This document shows, piece after piece, positions 19,964-29,365 of a DNA stretch of 64,000 nt. A program made the position numbers and the translations under genes. The DNA lies in the IMG/VR virus record IMGVR_UViG_3300025141_000055, positions 18,134 to 82,133 of that record; one strand, given 5' to 3'. How positions within the stretch are numbered: the first letter of the stretch is position 1; each line of letters starts with the position of its first letter. The notes under the pieces were generated by a model, which ran no database searches, was not told the DNA's origin, and saw only the letters and a program-made list of their open reading frames with translations. The stretch comes from a virus.

Positions 19964-20371
19964 GAGGAGGTTGTCAACCTATGCGCAGTGTATCAGATGG
20001 GACACGCGAGTGAGAGGAAGAAGCACCTAATGACATAGAACGCACACAAGGGCACGAAGCTCAAAACTCCTATTTTTTCTATATCCTTCTAGTGAATATT
20101 TTCGACTCTCGTTATTCCCAATTTTAAAGCTATTTAAAAGTTTTTAAACTGACGCAAAGTGAGACCTGTTTTTAAAATGGATAACCACTAAATTTTATAA
20201 GGTCCATTTAAAGCACTCAGAGGATATTTATTTAAAAGACTCTGCCTAACGCAAATTATCTGTTATGAGGTAGTTTTAAACAAGAGTTGTAGCTTAATGA
20301 ACTTACAAAGCATCGTGGGCATTGCTTACTATAGACGAAACCTTTAAGATAGAAGTAAATAGTGTATTACC

Positions 20372-20545
20372 ATGAACAAGAACGTAGCTGAGCCATCAGA
20401 AAAAATTACTTGGAAAGCTTTGCGTCTTCGAGCTTCTAAACTGGGGATTCCGGCCTGGCAATTAGCTGAAAATTTACAAGATGAGGAGCTCTGGGAGAAT
20501 ACTGAACTCGGAGTAAAAAATCGGCTAGAGTACTCAGACAAATAG
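20372..20545 (+). CDS. small hypothetical protein (57 aa, not in ORF track)
   Basis: MNKNVAEPSEKITWKALRLRASKLGIPAWQLAE... Confidence 0.5.
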   Translation: MNKNVAEPSEKITWKALRLRASKLGIPAWQLAENLQDEELWENTELGVKNRLEYSDK

Positions 20546-20597
20546 CTGTCTCAACTGAGTTAGAATCAAACTTGGGGGTGCATACTAAAATTGATAC

Positions 20598-21749
20598 ATG
20601 GCACTTGCACCTTGTCCTGTTCATGGATCCACTTATCGGGCGCTACATGAACACAGTTTCAGAGGCATCATCGATGTCATTGATGAAATCATTACGACGA
20701 TAAGTGGCGTGGGTACTGTTTCTTATGCAAAATGCCCCATCGGGTACACCCATAACTTCGAGGGGATAGTTCGTGCCCTTGAGGACTTAAACCTTACGGC
20801 GAGTGGAATCCAGACCTCTCCTATTTCCGAGGGAAGCATTCTGCCCGGTTCTGGTATTACCTTTACTCCAAGTGGAGACGCTCATATTATTGCTGTTAAC
20901 TCCCTGGGTATGGGAGGTGTTGGGGTTACTTATTCCGGCGGAATTGGGGCCCAATTCATTGTTATATCGGGGGCCGATAACATAACTAATGCGGTTATAA
21001 GTGGTGTTGTTGCAGGTCCGGGGATTACGGTTACACCTAGCGGCAGTAGCGCCATTGTCTCCACTAATATCAGTGGGCAGGGCTCTGTAGACGTTAGTTA
21101 TAACGCGGGGATAGGTCTTATCTCAGGTCAAGAAAATGCCAACGTTGTAGGTGGGTCCGGTATTAGTGTTTATGCAAGTGGTGTTTCCAAAGTTATTGAT
21201 GTAGGGGTTCTAGGTGGGGCAGATATAGGAACTAGTTATTCTGGTGCTTTCGTAACGGTGGAGAGTACCGGGGGTGGACGCGCAACTCTTTCGGGTAGTC
21301 CCGGAACTGGTTATAAAGCCGGGTCACTCTGGTTTGATACCAATGAAGGACGTCTCTTTGTTTATGCGTCTGGTAATGGGATTACTAAACCTGATTGGTA
21401 CATCACTAATGCCGAAGCTTTAGCGATTAAGAGTGAGGTTCCTCCATCTGGAACTGGCGGTAAGAACGCACCCCCACGTGACGGAAGCATTTGGTTCAAT
21501 ACCCTCATGGGTAACCTGTTTATTTATGATGCGTCCTCTAGTGGTTGGTACGAATCTGCTCCGGCCCGCACGCCTTCTTACAGCGCTATTGCTCCTACGA
21601 ATGCTGTGGATGGCTCTCTCTGGACTCGATCCACTGACGCTAATCTGACTGTTTGGAATGGTAGTAACTGGCAGGATGTAGTGGCTAGTGGCAATGATCC
21701 AGGTCAGAGCGAGGGCGAAGTTATCGGTCTGATTATGGGACTTAGCTAA
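20598..21749 (+). CDS. tail fibre / stalk protein
   Basis: Repeated GxGITV beta motifs and three GSLW/GSIW modules; C-terminus SEGEVIGLIMGLS. Confidence 0.7.
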   Translation: MALAPCPVHGSTYRALHEHSFRGIIDVIDEIITTISGVGTVSYAKCPIGYTHNFEGIVRALEDLNLTASGIQTSPISEGSILPGSGITFTPSGDAHIIAVNSLGMGGVGVTYSGGIGAQFIVISGADNITNAVISGVVAGPGITVTPSGSSAIVSTNISGQGSVDVSYNAGIGLISGQENANVVGGSGISVYASGVSKVIDVGVLGGADIGTSYSGAFVTVESTGGGRATLSGSPGTGYKAGSLWFDTNEGRLFVYASGNGITKPDWYITNAEALAIKSEVPPSGTGGKNAPPRDGSIWFNTLMGNLFIYDASSSGWYESAPARTPSYSAIAPTNAVDGSLWTRSTDANLTVWNGSNWQDVVASGNDPGQSEGEVIGLIMGLS

Positions 21750-21871
21750 TGACTAAAGAGAAGGATACCAATCAGATTCTCCCAAAGCTCAAAAAAACGC
21801 GACAGGGGAACGGCCGGAATAGCAAAGCATCTCATGGAAGAAAAAAGCCCCGTGGACAAGGCCCGCGCTAA
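21749..21871 (+). CDS. small basic phage protein (40 aa, not in ORF track)
   Basis: KKTRQGNGRNSKASHGRKKPRGQG resembles a common aquatic-phage peptide; TAATG coupling. Confidence 0.65.
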   Translation: MTKEKDTNQILPKLKKTRQGNGRNSKASHGRKKPRGQGPR

Positions 21872-21898
21872 AGTTAGAGAGTAGAATTAGAGATTATT

Positions 21899-22303
21899 GT
21901 GCTCCTATCGTTTGTTGCTGGAGAAAGCATAAATACTGGAGATGCGGTCACTCCTCACACTTCGGTATCGGGCTCGATTTTGAAGGCTTGGCCTAGCGGG
22001 GAAAGAACATCAGCCGTCTGTGGGGTGGCCATGGATATGGTGACCGCAGGCGCACTAACTCGAGTTGTATCTGACTCTAGTGTGGCTGTTTTTAGCAGTT
22101 TGGATATTGGAGAACCTTATTATGTGAGTCCTAGTGGGGGAACTTTAGTAAATTACGCTCAATTTAGAACAGAATTCCTTGCATATGCAGGCACTGCTCA
22201 GGTTTCTGGGATGTATTTATGCGAGGTTGGTACTGCTATTGGGTCTACTATGATGAAGATTCAACCAGCTATGCCTCGACTTGTACAGGATGACTCTGTA
22301 TAA
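21899..22303 (+). CDS. capsid cement/fibre-base-like protein
   Basis: AGESINTGDAV...GVA...LDIGEPYYVS..G...VGTA pattern. Confidence 0.55.
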   Translation: MLLSFVAGESINTGDAVTPHTSVSGSILKAWPSGERTSAVCGVAMDMVTAGALTRVVSDSSVAVFSSLDIGEPYYVSPSGGTLVNYAQFRTEFLAYAGTAQVSGMYLCEVGTAIGSTMMKIQPAMPRLVQDDSV

Positions 22304-22341
22304 GCGGTGTAGAATGGGAACTAAATCTACGGCTGTTATCG

Positions 22342-22857
22342 GTGGCGAATAGAGCGATATTCAACCGGAACTATTCCAGCTATCAGGCGGATGGAACAAC
22401 TGTTTATCTGGCGAATGGGCAAGGAGTAGTAACCAACCCGGCTCCTGAAGCCACGATGACGGCAGGCGCCGCCCTAATTGCTGGTGAGGTGGTGTGTGCT
22501 AGTGGTAACTTTGCTGTTCCGGCCCTGGCTTACAGTGGAGTTCAAAATTTCCAATTAAGACCAATAGGAATAGCTACGGCTGCGGCCACTAATGGATCAG
22601 ACGTTACCGTAAATTTGGATGGAGTAGCTACATTATCGGATGCGAATATTACTGCTCAAACTGCATTAAGCCCTGGGGAATATTATTTTCTTTCTAAGTA
22701 TTTAGGACAAGTAGTTAAATATGAAACCGCTTCGGGAATAATTGCCGGTTCCGGGGCATGGGCTTATGAAGCTTCTAGCCCTATAGGGCTCGCGTTATCC
22801 GCTACTGCTCTCAGTGTTCAGATCCAACCTCCTACATTTCTTTATACTGGAGGCTAA
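22342..22857 (+). CDS. capsid cement/fibre-base-like protein (paralog of the previous gene)
   Basis: AGAALIAGEVV...IGIA...LSPGEYYFLS...IGLALSAT. Confidence 0.55.
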   Translation: MANRAIFNRNYSSYQADGTTVYLANGQGVVTNPAPEATMTAGAALIAGEVVCASGNFAVPALAYSGVQNFQLRPIGIATAAATNGSDVTVNLDGVATLSDANITAQTALSPGEYYFLSKYLGQVVKYETASGIIAGSGAWAYEASSPIGLALSATALSVQIQPPTFLYTGG

Positions 22858-22869
22858 TAAGATTTAGTT

Positions 22870-23499
22870 ATGGCACAACGAAGACCCCTAGTTTTAGTAA
22901 GTGGATCACCCAGTGAGTTACCGCAGGGTGACTCCATTATTAGTAGTGCGGAAGGTGGCACTCTTATTGCGGGTAGTGGTGTAGTCGGGGGTGGTGATAC
23001 TCTCAACGAGATAAGGGTAGATATTGCATTAGCGGCGGCTGCAAGTGGTCTTCTATTTGCCGGCTCCAAACTCACCAATGATGGTGTAGCCCTCTCGGAC
23101 GCCACTGCTGCCTTAGCATCTGGTAATGCGGCTCTCGCTAACACCGCCGTAGCCTTAGCTTCAGGTAATGCCGGACTCGCCGATGCGGTTATCGCGTTGG
23201 CCTCGGGTGAAGCCGCCGTGGTGGATGCAGTGATAGCTCAGGCTTCTGGTAATGCAGCGGTGGTTAATGCCAATACGGGCCTTGCTTCCGGTCTGGCTTC
23301 CATAGTGGTAGCAGCAAATGCTCTTGCTTCGGGTAATGCTGGACTAGCTATAGCAGTTACAGCGTTAGCTTCCGGTAATGCAGCCTTGGTTGATGCACCG
23401 ATTGCACTGGCTTCGGGTAATGCAGCCTTAGCGGCAATAGCCGGTGCGCCTTGTTTAAGTGCAGGTGAGGCTACCGGTCTAATCATTGCTCTCTCCTAA
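22870..23499 (+). CDS. fibre stalk protein with 14-aa ALASGNA repeats
   Basis: Eight 14-residue repeats; N-terminus MAQRRPLV; C-terminus SAGEATGLIIALS. Confidence 0.7.
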   Translation: MAQRRPLVLVSGSPSELPQGDSIISSAEGGTLIAGSGVVGGGDTLNEIRVDIALAAAASGLLFAGSKLTNDGVALSDATAALASGNAALANTAVALASGNAGLADAVIALASGEAAVVDAVIAQASGNAAVVNANTGLASGLASIVVAANALASGNAGLAIAVTALASGNAALVDAPIALASGNAALAAIAGAPCLSAGEATGLIIALS

Positions 23500-24122
23500 T
23501 GGCTAAAAGAAGGCCCCTGGTTTATAGCGGCGGTTTATTCGCTGAGATTAATGACTATGAGAGTATTCCAATAACGGGTGAGCTTACTACTGGGAGTGGT
23601 TTTGGAAATCAAGTATTAAATCTCGCTGCTTCTGGGGAGATTAACGTTAATTTGGCTGCTAGTGCTAGCGGTCTGATCTGGGTCGGTACAAAGCTGGGTC
23701 TGGATGGCACTGACCTAGTGGCCGCTGAGGAAGGATTGGCCTCAGGCCTTGCTGCGGATACGGATGCGATTCCGGCCCTTGCTTCCGGCCTTGCGGCGAG
23801 TTCGATTGCAGTTCAAGCTCTCGCGTCGGGTAATGCGGGACTTTTGGCTGCAACCAGTGGAATGCAGCAGTCCGATTTAGCTATTACTAATGCCGCGATC
23901 GCCATTGCATCGGGTGCCGCGGGTATTGCTGATTCTCCCGAAGCTCTAGCCTCTGGCAATGCAGCCGTGGTGGAGGCAAATTATGCTTTAGGGTCCGGGT
24001 TAGCTGCTGAAGCAATTTCTACAGCAGCTCTCGCATCGGGAAATGCTGCTTTAACTCTATTTGCTTCTGACGCTCCTATAAGTGAAGGAGAGCTTTTAGG
24101 ACTTATCTTTGCGCTCGGTTAA
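23499..24122 (+). CDS. fibre stalk protein, paralog with ASG repeats
   Basis: MAKRRPLV..., LASG repeats, C-terminus SEGELLGLIFALG. Confidence 0.7.
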   Translation: MAKRRPLVYSGGLFAEINDYESIPITGELTTGSGFGNQVLNLAASGEINVNLAASASGLIWVGTKLGLDGTDLVAAEEGLASGLAADTDAIPALASGLAASSIAVQALASGNAGLLAATSGMQQSDLAITNAAIAIASGAAGIADSPEALASGNAAVVEANYALGSGLAAEAISTAALASGNAALTLFASDAPISEGELLGLIFALG

Positions 24123-24124
24123 TT

Positions 24125-24304
24125 CTATTTAATGGCTTCCCATTTGGGCGGTTTATGAGGGCATGACATACCTTTTACACGGGTTTTTGCGGCCATAAAG
24201 CACCCGCATAATTTACAGGATTTAGTTGGCCGGAAGAAGTGCTCGCATTCCTTACAAATCCTCATGCGTTCTTGGACTATCTTTTCGGGGGTGAATAGAC
24301 CCAT
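24125..24304 (-). CDS. small Cys-rich protein (DUF6171-like, 59 aa, not in ORF track)
   Basis: ERMRICKECEHF...CKLCGCFMAAK...SCP...KW. Confidence 0.7.
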   Translation of the reverse strand: MGLFTPEKIVQERMRICKECEHFFRPTKSCKLCGCFMAAKTRVKGMSCPHKPPKWEAIK

Positions 24305-24444
24305 GAGAGAAGGCTTTTACTCAAATCCTACTATTTTTAGTTCTTCCTGGGTTTGCCTTTTGAGGTTTCTCCCGGATTGTTCAATTTCTTTGATAGACTT
24401 GGTATGTTGGATTGAGTTAGACTCTTACAAGAGCGCGGGAGCTT

Positions 24445-24765
24445 ATGGCAACTTTTTATCACGCTTCCCAGGCGTCTTTAGGAGTCGGTGACACAACGGT
24501 GGTGACGTCGACGTCTAATAGCACCATTGTGTTGAGTATTTTGGTAGCTAATAGAGATGGGTCCTTTGCTGCTGATATCACGACCTCTCACAATGATGCT
24601 AGTGATGTAATTCAGAATTATTTGGCCTTCACAATACCTGTTCCGGCAGACGCAAACGTTGAGCTTCTTTCTAGTAAATATATTCTCCCAAGTGGAGAAA
24701 AGCTTGTAGCTAAAGCAAGCTCTTCCGCTGATTTGGATATCGCAGTCAGTTATGTAGAGGTGTGA
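24445..24765 (+). CDS. fibre adaptor-like beta-sandwich protein
   Basis: IVLSILVAN...YLAFTIPVPAD...KYILPSGEKL...DIAVSYVE; a type that commonly follows fibre genes in aquatic phages. Confidence 0.6.
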   Translation: MATFYHASQASLGVGDTTVVTSTSNSTIVLSILVANRDGSFAADITTSHNDASDVIQNYLAFTIPVPADANVELLSSKYILPSGEKLVAKASSSADLDIAVSYVEV

Positions 24766-24766
24766 T

Positions 24767-25390
24767 ATGGCAAATTACACTCAAGCTCTTTTTAGCTTAA
24801 GTGGTGTCGAACCACAGTATCTTCCTGCTCGAATGCGCTTACATAATAAGGAAACGCGCTATTCCCATTCCATTACTCTGGCAGAGTTATCTTCCCTAGG
24901 ATATAGCGGCCCTTTCAATAAGCCTAGTGTTAGTGATGCTCAGTACCTTACCTGGTCGACGGGAACGTCCTCATGGGTGGTAAATAGCAAGACTCCTCAA
25001 CAAAGGTTAGAGGATGCGGATCGGGAGATACGTGCCTCCATTGACGATACTCTTTCTCATGCCGTGGATGTGACGGATCCGGATTTAAGTGAGACAGCTT
25101 TCAATATTTACGCAGCCTATTATGCCAAACTTCATAGTCTGTCTCTTTCTACTACTCCTTTAACAGTTGATAAGCTTCCTACCTTAGAACTCCCTCAAGT
25201 AACTTCTAAAGCTGCCGAAGATAAAGCAGCTGAAGATGAAATTGATCGGATGTTGACGGATAATACGGCGAATTGGAAACAACATTACGAGTTGGATGGG
25301 ATGAAGTTATGGGAGGATTCCCTTCATCCTGAAGTAGGAGAAAGGTTTACACTACCTTCTGACTGGGTCGCTTCAGGGACCGCGACGTGA
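24767..25390 (+). CDS. tail fibre assembly-like protein
   Basis: EP..LP.R.R...TR...L..LGY.GP...QYLTW...W.V pattern; precedes the collar genes. Confidence 0.5.
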   Translation: MANYTQALFSLSGVEPQYLPARMRLHNKETRYSHSITLAELSSLGYSGPFNKPSVSDAQYLTWSTGTSSWVVNSKTPQQRLEDADREIRASIDDTLSHAVDVTDPDLSETAFNIYAAYYAKLHSLSLSTTPLTVDKLPTLELPQVTSKAAEDKAAEDEIDRMLTDNTANWKQHYELDGMKLWEDSLHPEVGERFTLPSDWVASGTAT

Positions 25391-25406
25391 GTCCCCCTAA
25401 AGAACT

Positions 25407-26507
25407 ATGACTAAGGGTTTCGGCGGTTTTACCGGTCAAGCTAATGTCCCTACCATTACTTATGCGAGTGGGTGTTGGACATCGGGTACCGAGATTTATT
25501 ATCAAAGAGCAACGCTGAATCAGTGGCCCACGGCTCCTGTTGAGCCTCCACAGTCCAATGTAGGTGAATTAGTCTTTGTCCTGGCGAGTGGTACTCGTGA
25601 CCAACTGATGATGTCAGATGGTTATATCTGTGCGAGTGGACAAGCGATCAGTCGCTCTACTTATTCGGGACTATTCGATACTTACGGGACTCTGTACGGA
25701 GTTGGGGATGGTGCTACTACGTTTAATGTACCTAACTATACCTTCGATAACACCGGTGATAATGGGGGTTATGGTTACTTTAGAACTACAACTAATTCGG
25801 GAGCCACCCTTGCTGAATTATCGGGAGTAGGGGTTCTTCCTCACCATACTCACACTGCATTGGGGGTATATGGTACCGCTTCCTGGGGGACTTCGTGTGG
25901 GTCAGCGGGTGGTAACAATAGAAATATGAACCCTGGCGCGTCTAACATGACTACGGGAACTACGGGAAGTGCAGGAGGAAATCAGCTAAGGCACAGACAG
26001 GTATATCCCATGCTTGCTACGAAGGAGTCTCATTATCCCATTGGGTGTTTGATTCAGTATTTGCTAGCGACAACTGAATCCAATTTTGTAGGTAATTCAA
26101 ATATCCCAGTCGATTATGTTATTCCTAGTGGGCAGCCGATTAGTAGAACGGAGAATGCCACTCTCTTTAATCAGTTTGGTACTCACTTTGGCGTGGGAGA
26201 TGGGTCTACTACCTTTAATATTCCTGATCTGAGAGGGGCTTTCACGAGAGGGACGGCAATAGCACAAACATCAGGAGCTTTACCTAGTGGTTACGTTTTA
26301 GACGATGTAGCGGAACACGAACATTATGTCTCGTTTTACAATGTCAACAACACTAATGACTGTAATGGTCCCGCTTCTTACAATGGCACGATGGCGGCTC
26401 CGGCGACCGGCGGCGCCTCTGTAGGGAGTGCAGGGGTTGATAATAGAATAGACAACATTACTGTCGTTTATCTTCTCAATGTCGATAATACTGGCGAAGC
26501 GTCTTAA
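25407..26507 (+). CDS. tail-collar protein A1 (two collar domains)
   Basis: GQAISRSTYSGLF..YGT.YG.GDG.TTFNVP and ISR...LF..FGT.FG.GDG.TTFNIPDLRG; HTH/HEH metal-binding motifs. Confidence 0.8.
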   Translation: MTKGFGGFTGQANVPTITYASGCWTSGTEIYYQRATLNQWPTAPVEPPQSNVGELVFVLASGTRDQLMMSDGYICASGQAISRSTYSGLFDTYGTLYGVGDGATTFNVPNYTFDNTGDNGGYGYFRTTTNSGATLAELSGVGVLPHHTHTALGVYGTASWGTSCGSAGGNNRNMNPGASNMTTGTTGSAGGNQLRHRQVYPMLATKESHYPIGCLIQYLLATTESNFVGNSNIPVDYVIPSGQPISRTENATLFNQFGTHFGVGDGSTTFNIPDLRGAFTRGTAIAQTSGALPSGYVLDDVAEHEHYVSFYNVNNTNDCNGPASYNGTMAAPATGGASVGSAGVDNRIDNITVVYLLNVDNTGEAS

Positions 26508-26521
26508 GGAGGTATGAACCC

Positions 26522-27061
26522 ATGACAATTGGAAAGATCTCACTTCAACCTGCTTTTCGCGGCCTGTCCTTTACCACAACCTTGGGGCGTATCTATGTTC
26601 TGGTTGACGGGCGTAGTTTAGGTAGAGCGGTTTACCCAACTCTTAGTTCAAATTGGGACGACACTGCTTATTGTGTTGCCAGCCAAGGGACAGCTGATAT
26701 CTTTTTGCCTGATCTTAATGGCCCTTCTCTCCGTGGTACCAGTTGGGGAAACCTTAATTGTGATATGAATGCTTACGATAGGGTGGCCCTCTCGGGTGAA
26801 GGTCCTATTACGTCAGGGGTAGGTTCTTACCAAGCCACTAACTTGGCCGCACATACTCATCCCTACGGTACGCAGCCTGGTTTTAGCCGCTCTAATGGTG
26901 GAGGGGATGGTAACTGTTGTTATCCTGTTAGTCAGGGAAGTTATGCAACTAAGGGACCCGATAATATTACGGGTCTGACCGCCTCAGGGGATGCTGTTGC
27001 AACGGCTTTTGAAGTACCCCACATGAAGTTGTTTCCTTATATTTGTGTTAATAATGGGTAG
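26522..27061 (+). CDS. tail-collar protein B1
   Basis: DGRSL.R..YP.L...LPDL.G..LRG...VGSYQ....HTH. Confidence 0.75.
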   Translation: MTIGKISLQPAFRGLSFTTTLGRIYVLVDGRSLGRAVYPTLSSNWDDTAYCVASQGTADIFLPDLNGPSLRGTSWGNLNCDMNAYDRVALSGEGPITSGVGSYQATNLAAHTHPYGTQPGFSRSNGGGDGNCCYPVSQGSYATKGPDNITGLTASGDAVATAFEVPHMKLFPYICVNNG

Positions 27062-27084
27062 AATGAGAGCAGCGGCAACCCATC

Positions 27085-28146
27085 ATGTCTAAGCATTACG
27101 GCGGCACAGTTAATAAAGAAGCTTCTAGCTCTAGCGCTGCTCCTGGTGCCTGGATTGGTAGGAATGTAACTCGTCAAATGCGAATAAACGAGTGGCCTCT
27201 TTCATTCACGGGATTATTGATGAATGAGGAGGGGGATTATGCTTTCGCTATTTCGAGTGGTGTAAGGGATACTAATTGTGCATCCCCAGATATCGGTGGT
27301 AAGTTTTTTGAGACTACTGGAGCTGATGTTAGTCGTACCGATTATTCTGGCTTATTTTCAGTTCTAGGGACTACGTATGGTGTAGGAGATGGTTTTAATA
27401 CTTTTACTCTCCCTGACACTGTCGGTGAATATACATATACCAAGACGCTTACTGCTTCGGGGACCCCGTTAGCTTCATTATCGGGTACTGCTGTTTTACC
27501 TCACCATACTCATACAGTTACTGGTGTATATGGTACCGCTTCCTGGGGGACTTCGTGTGGGTCAGCGGGTGGTAACAATAGAAATATGAACCCTGGTACT
27601 AATGGCTCAAACGTTGGGGCACAGGGGTCACCGGATGGTAACCACGGGAAACATCGTCAAGTGTGTCCCATGATTGCCCATAGTTATGGACCTATCCCTA
27701 TTGGCTGCGTCTTTCCCTATACCTTACCCATCATTGACCAAGATTTCGCAGCGTCGAATCTTCCCGAGCATTGTGTTATAGCGAGCGGTCAGGATGTTAG
27801 TCGTACTATATATGAGGGGTTGTTTAAACACGTTGGTACCTTATATGGTTCGGGAGATGGCTCGACGACTTTTGGTCTACCTGATTTTAGAGGAATTTTT
27901 CTCAATAATACCGGGGCTCAACCTTCCGGGATCTCGGATCTACCCTCAGGTTATATCGTAGATAGTTATGCCAACCATGATCATGCGGGTAGGGTATACA
28001 ATGTCAACAACACTAATGACTGTAATGGTCCCGCTTCTTATACTGGTGCCTTAGCTGCGCCGGCAACGGGTAATTCTTCTGTCGGTACGACTACTGAGAA
28101 TAGACCGGTTAATGTATCTGTTATCTATGCTCTTAGACTAGCGTAG
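27085..28146 (+). CDS. tail-collar protein A2 (paralog of A1)
   Basis: Same two-collar architecture; ends ENRPVNVSVIYAL. Confidence 0.8.
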   Translation: MSKHYGGTVNKEASSSSAAPGAWIGRNVTRQMRINEWPLSFTGLLMNEEGDYAFAISSGVRDTNCASPDIGGKFFETTGADVSRTDYSGLFSVLGTTYGVGDGFNTFTLPDTVGEYTYTKTLTASGTPLASLSGTAVLPHHTHTVTGVYGTASWGTSCGSAGGNNRNMNPGTNGSNVGAQGSPDGNHGKHRQVCPMIAHSYGPIPIGCVFPYTLPIIDQDFAASNLPEHCVIASGQDVSRTIYEGLFKHVGTLYGSGDGSTTFGLPDFRGIFLNNTGAQPSGISDLPSGYIVDSYANHDHAGRVYNVNNTNDCNGPASYTGALAAPATGNSSVGTTTENRPVNVSVIYALRLA

Positions 28147-28166
28147 AGTCACCCTCTTAATTATTC

Positions 28167-28712
28167 ATGGCTTATCTTGGACATATAGCGTGTAAGGCCG
28201 CACATGTAGGAGACACCTACCAAATAAGGAAGGAAACTTATCACATCTGTGACGGAAGCGCTATCTCCCGCGCTACATACGCGGGGTTAAGTGCGCTGTG
28301 GCCTACAGGAGCTTATGGAAGTACGGTGTCTGATATTCATTTACCTGACTTTAGAGAGGGGGTTTACTTTCGGGGAGCCGATCTAGGACGCGATGTAGAT
28401 GAAGATTATGCCAGTCGTACAGTTCTGTCGGGCGGCACTACCTCTCCTATTACGTCAGGGGTAGGTTCTTATCAGACGGCCAATATGGTGCAACACACTC
28501 ATCCCTACGGTACGCAGCCTGGTTTTAGTCGCTCTAATGGTGGAGGGGATGGTAACTGTTGTTATCCTGTTAGTCAGGGAAGTTTTGCATCTCCGGGACC
28601 CATTTCCATCACAAGTCCATGGCCTACCGCCTCGGGGGATGCTTCTAACAGTGCCTTTGATGTAAATCATATGAGGGTTTATGCCTATATCTGTATACTC
28701 GTAGAATATTAA
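28167..28712 (+). CDS. tail-collar protein B2 (paralog of B1)
   Basis: ICDGSAISRATYAGL...LPDFR...FRG...VGSYQ...HTH. Confidence 0.8.
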   Translation: MAYLGHIACKAAHVGDTYQIRKETYHICDGSAISRATYAGLSALWPTGAYGSTVSDIHLPDFREGVYFRGADLGRDVDEDYASRTVLSGGTTSPITSGVGSYQTANMVQHTHPYGTQPGFSRSNGGGDGNCCYPVSQGSFASPGPISITSPWPTASGDASNSAFDVNHMRVYAYICILVEY

Positions 28713-28788
28713 AACCTCTTCATTTGTGTTTAGAGGACCGGCAGCCCTCATCTCCCATGTACAGTGAGATGCCAAGGCTTTTTACAGC

Positions 28789-29361
28789 GTGGAGAATTTT
28801 ATTAGACGGTATCGGGTGGGTCCCGAGTACTGCGGCCAGATTATTAAATGGTTTGAGGATAATCCCCAGCTTCATGAAGCGGGAGTTGTAGGTACCGGGG
28901 GCTCCGTAGGGGAGGTAGTACCTACGGTTAAACAGTCAACGATTATTCAACTTTCTCTTGCGGAGGCTTACGAAATCTCGGAAGATTTTCGAGCTGTTCT
29001 TGACCATCTCTGGGATTGTGTTGCCACCTACACCATGGAGTTTGAGGAACTGACGGGGATGAATTTTTCGATGACCGAGAAGTTCATGATTGCCAGGTAT
29101 CTCCCTGGTGAAGGTTTTTTCTCTCATCATTGTGAAAGGACCGATGTGTGGTCTGCCAACAGGCTGCTCGTGTGGCTTGTTTACCTAACTAGTAATGGAG
29201 CTGAGGGAGGAACTCATTTCAGATACTTGGATCATACCGAGCATGCGGAAGCAGGTAAGCTATTAGTTTGGCCTCCGGATTTTACTCATAGTCATCGGGG
29301 AGTGACTGACGAGAAAACAAAATATATTCTCACGGGTTGGTACGATCTTATAAATTTCTAG
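28789..29361 (+). CDS. 2OG-Fe(II) oxygenase
   Basis: RYLPGEGFFSHHCE, RLLVWLVYL, GGTHF, WPPDFTHSHRG, KYILTGW. Confidence 0.9.
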   Translation: MENFIRRYRVGPEYCGQIIKWFEDNPQLHEAGVVGTGGSVGEVVPTVKQSTIIQLSLAEAYEISEDFRAVLDHLWDCVATYTMEFEELTGMNFSMTEKFMIARYLPGEGFFSHHCERTDVWSANRLLVWLVYLTSNGAEGGTHFRYLDHTEHAEAGKLLVWPPDFTHSHRGVTDEKTKYILTGWYDLINF

Positions 29362-29365
29362 GAAG

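Larger units (their letters stand above)
25866..28584 (+). repeat. identical sequence islands shared by paralogous collar genes
   Basis: 25866-25936=27526-27596; 26337-26380=27997-28040; 26803-26829=28445-28471; 26855-26942 vs 28497-28584 (1 mismatch). Confidence 0.9.

Noticed and set aside
25866-28584. Diversity-generating retroelement (TR/VR pair) in the collar genes
   Set aside because: Copies are identical or differ by a single C/T rather than by adenine-specific changes; both copies are coding; no reverse transcriptase in the window
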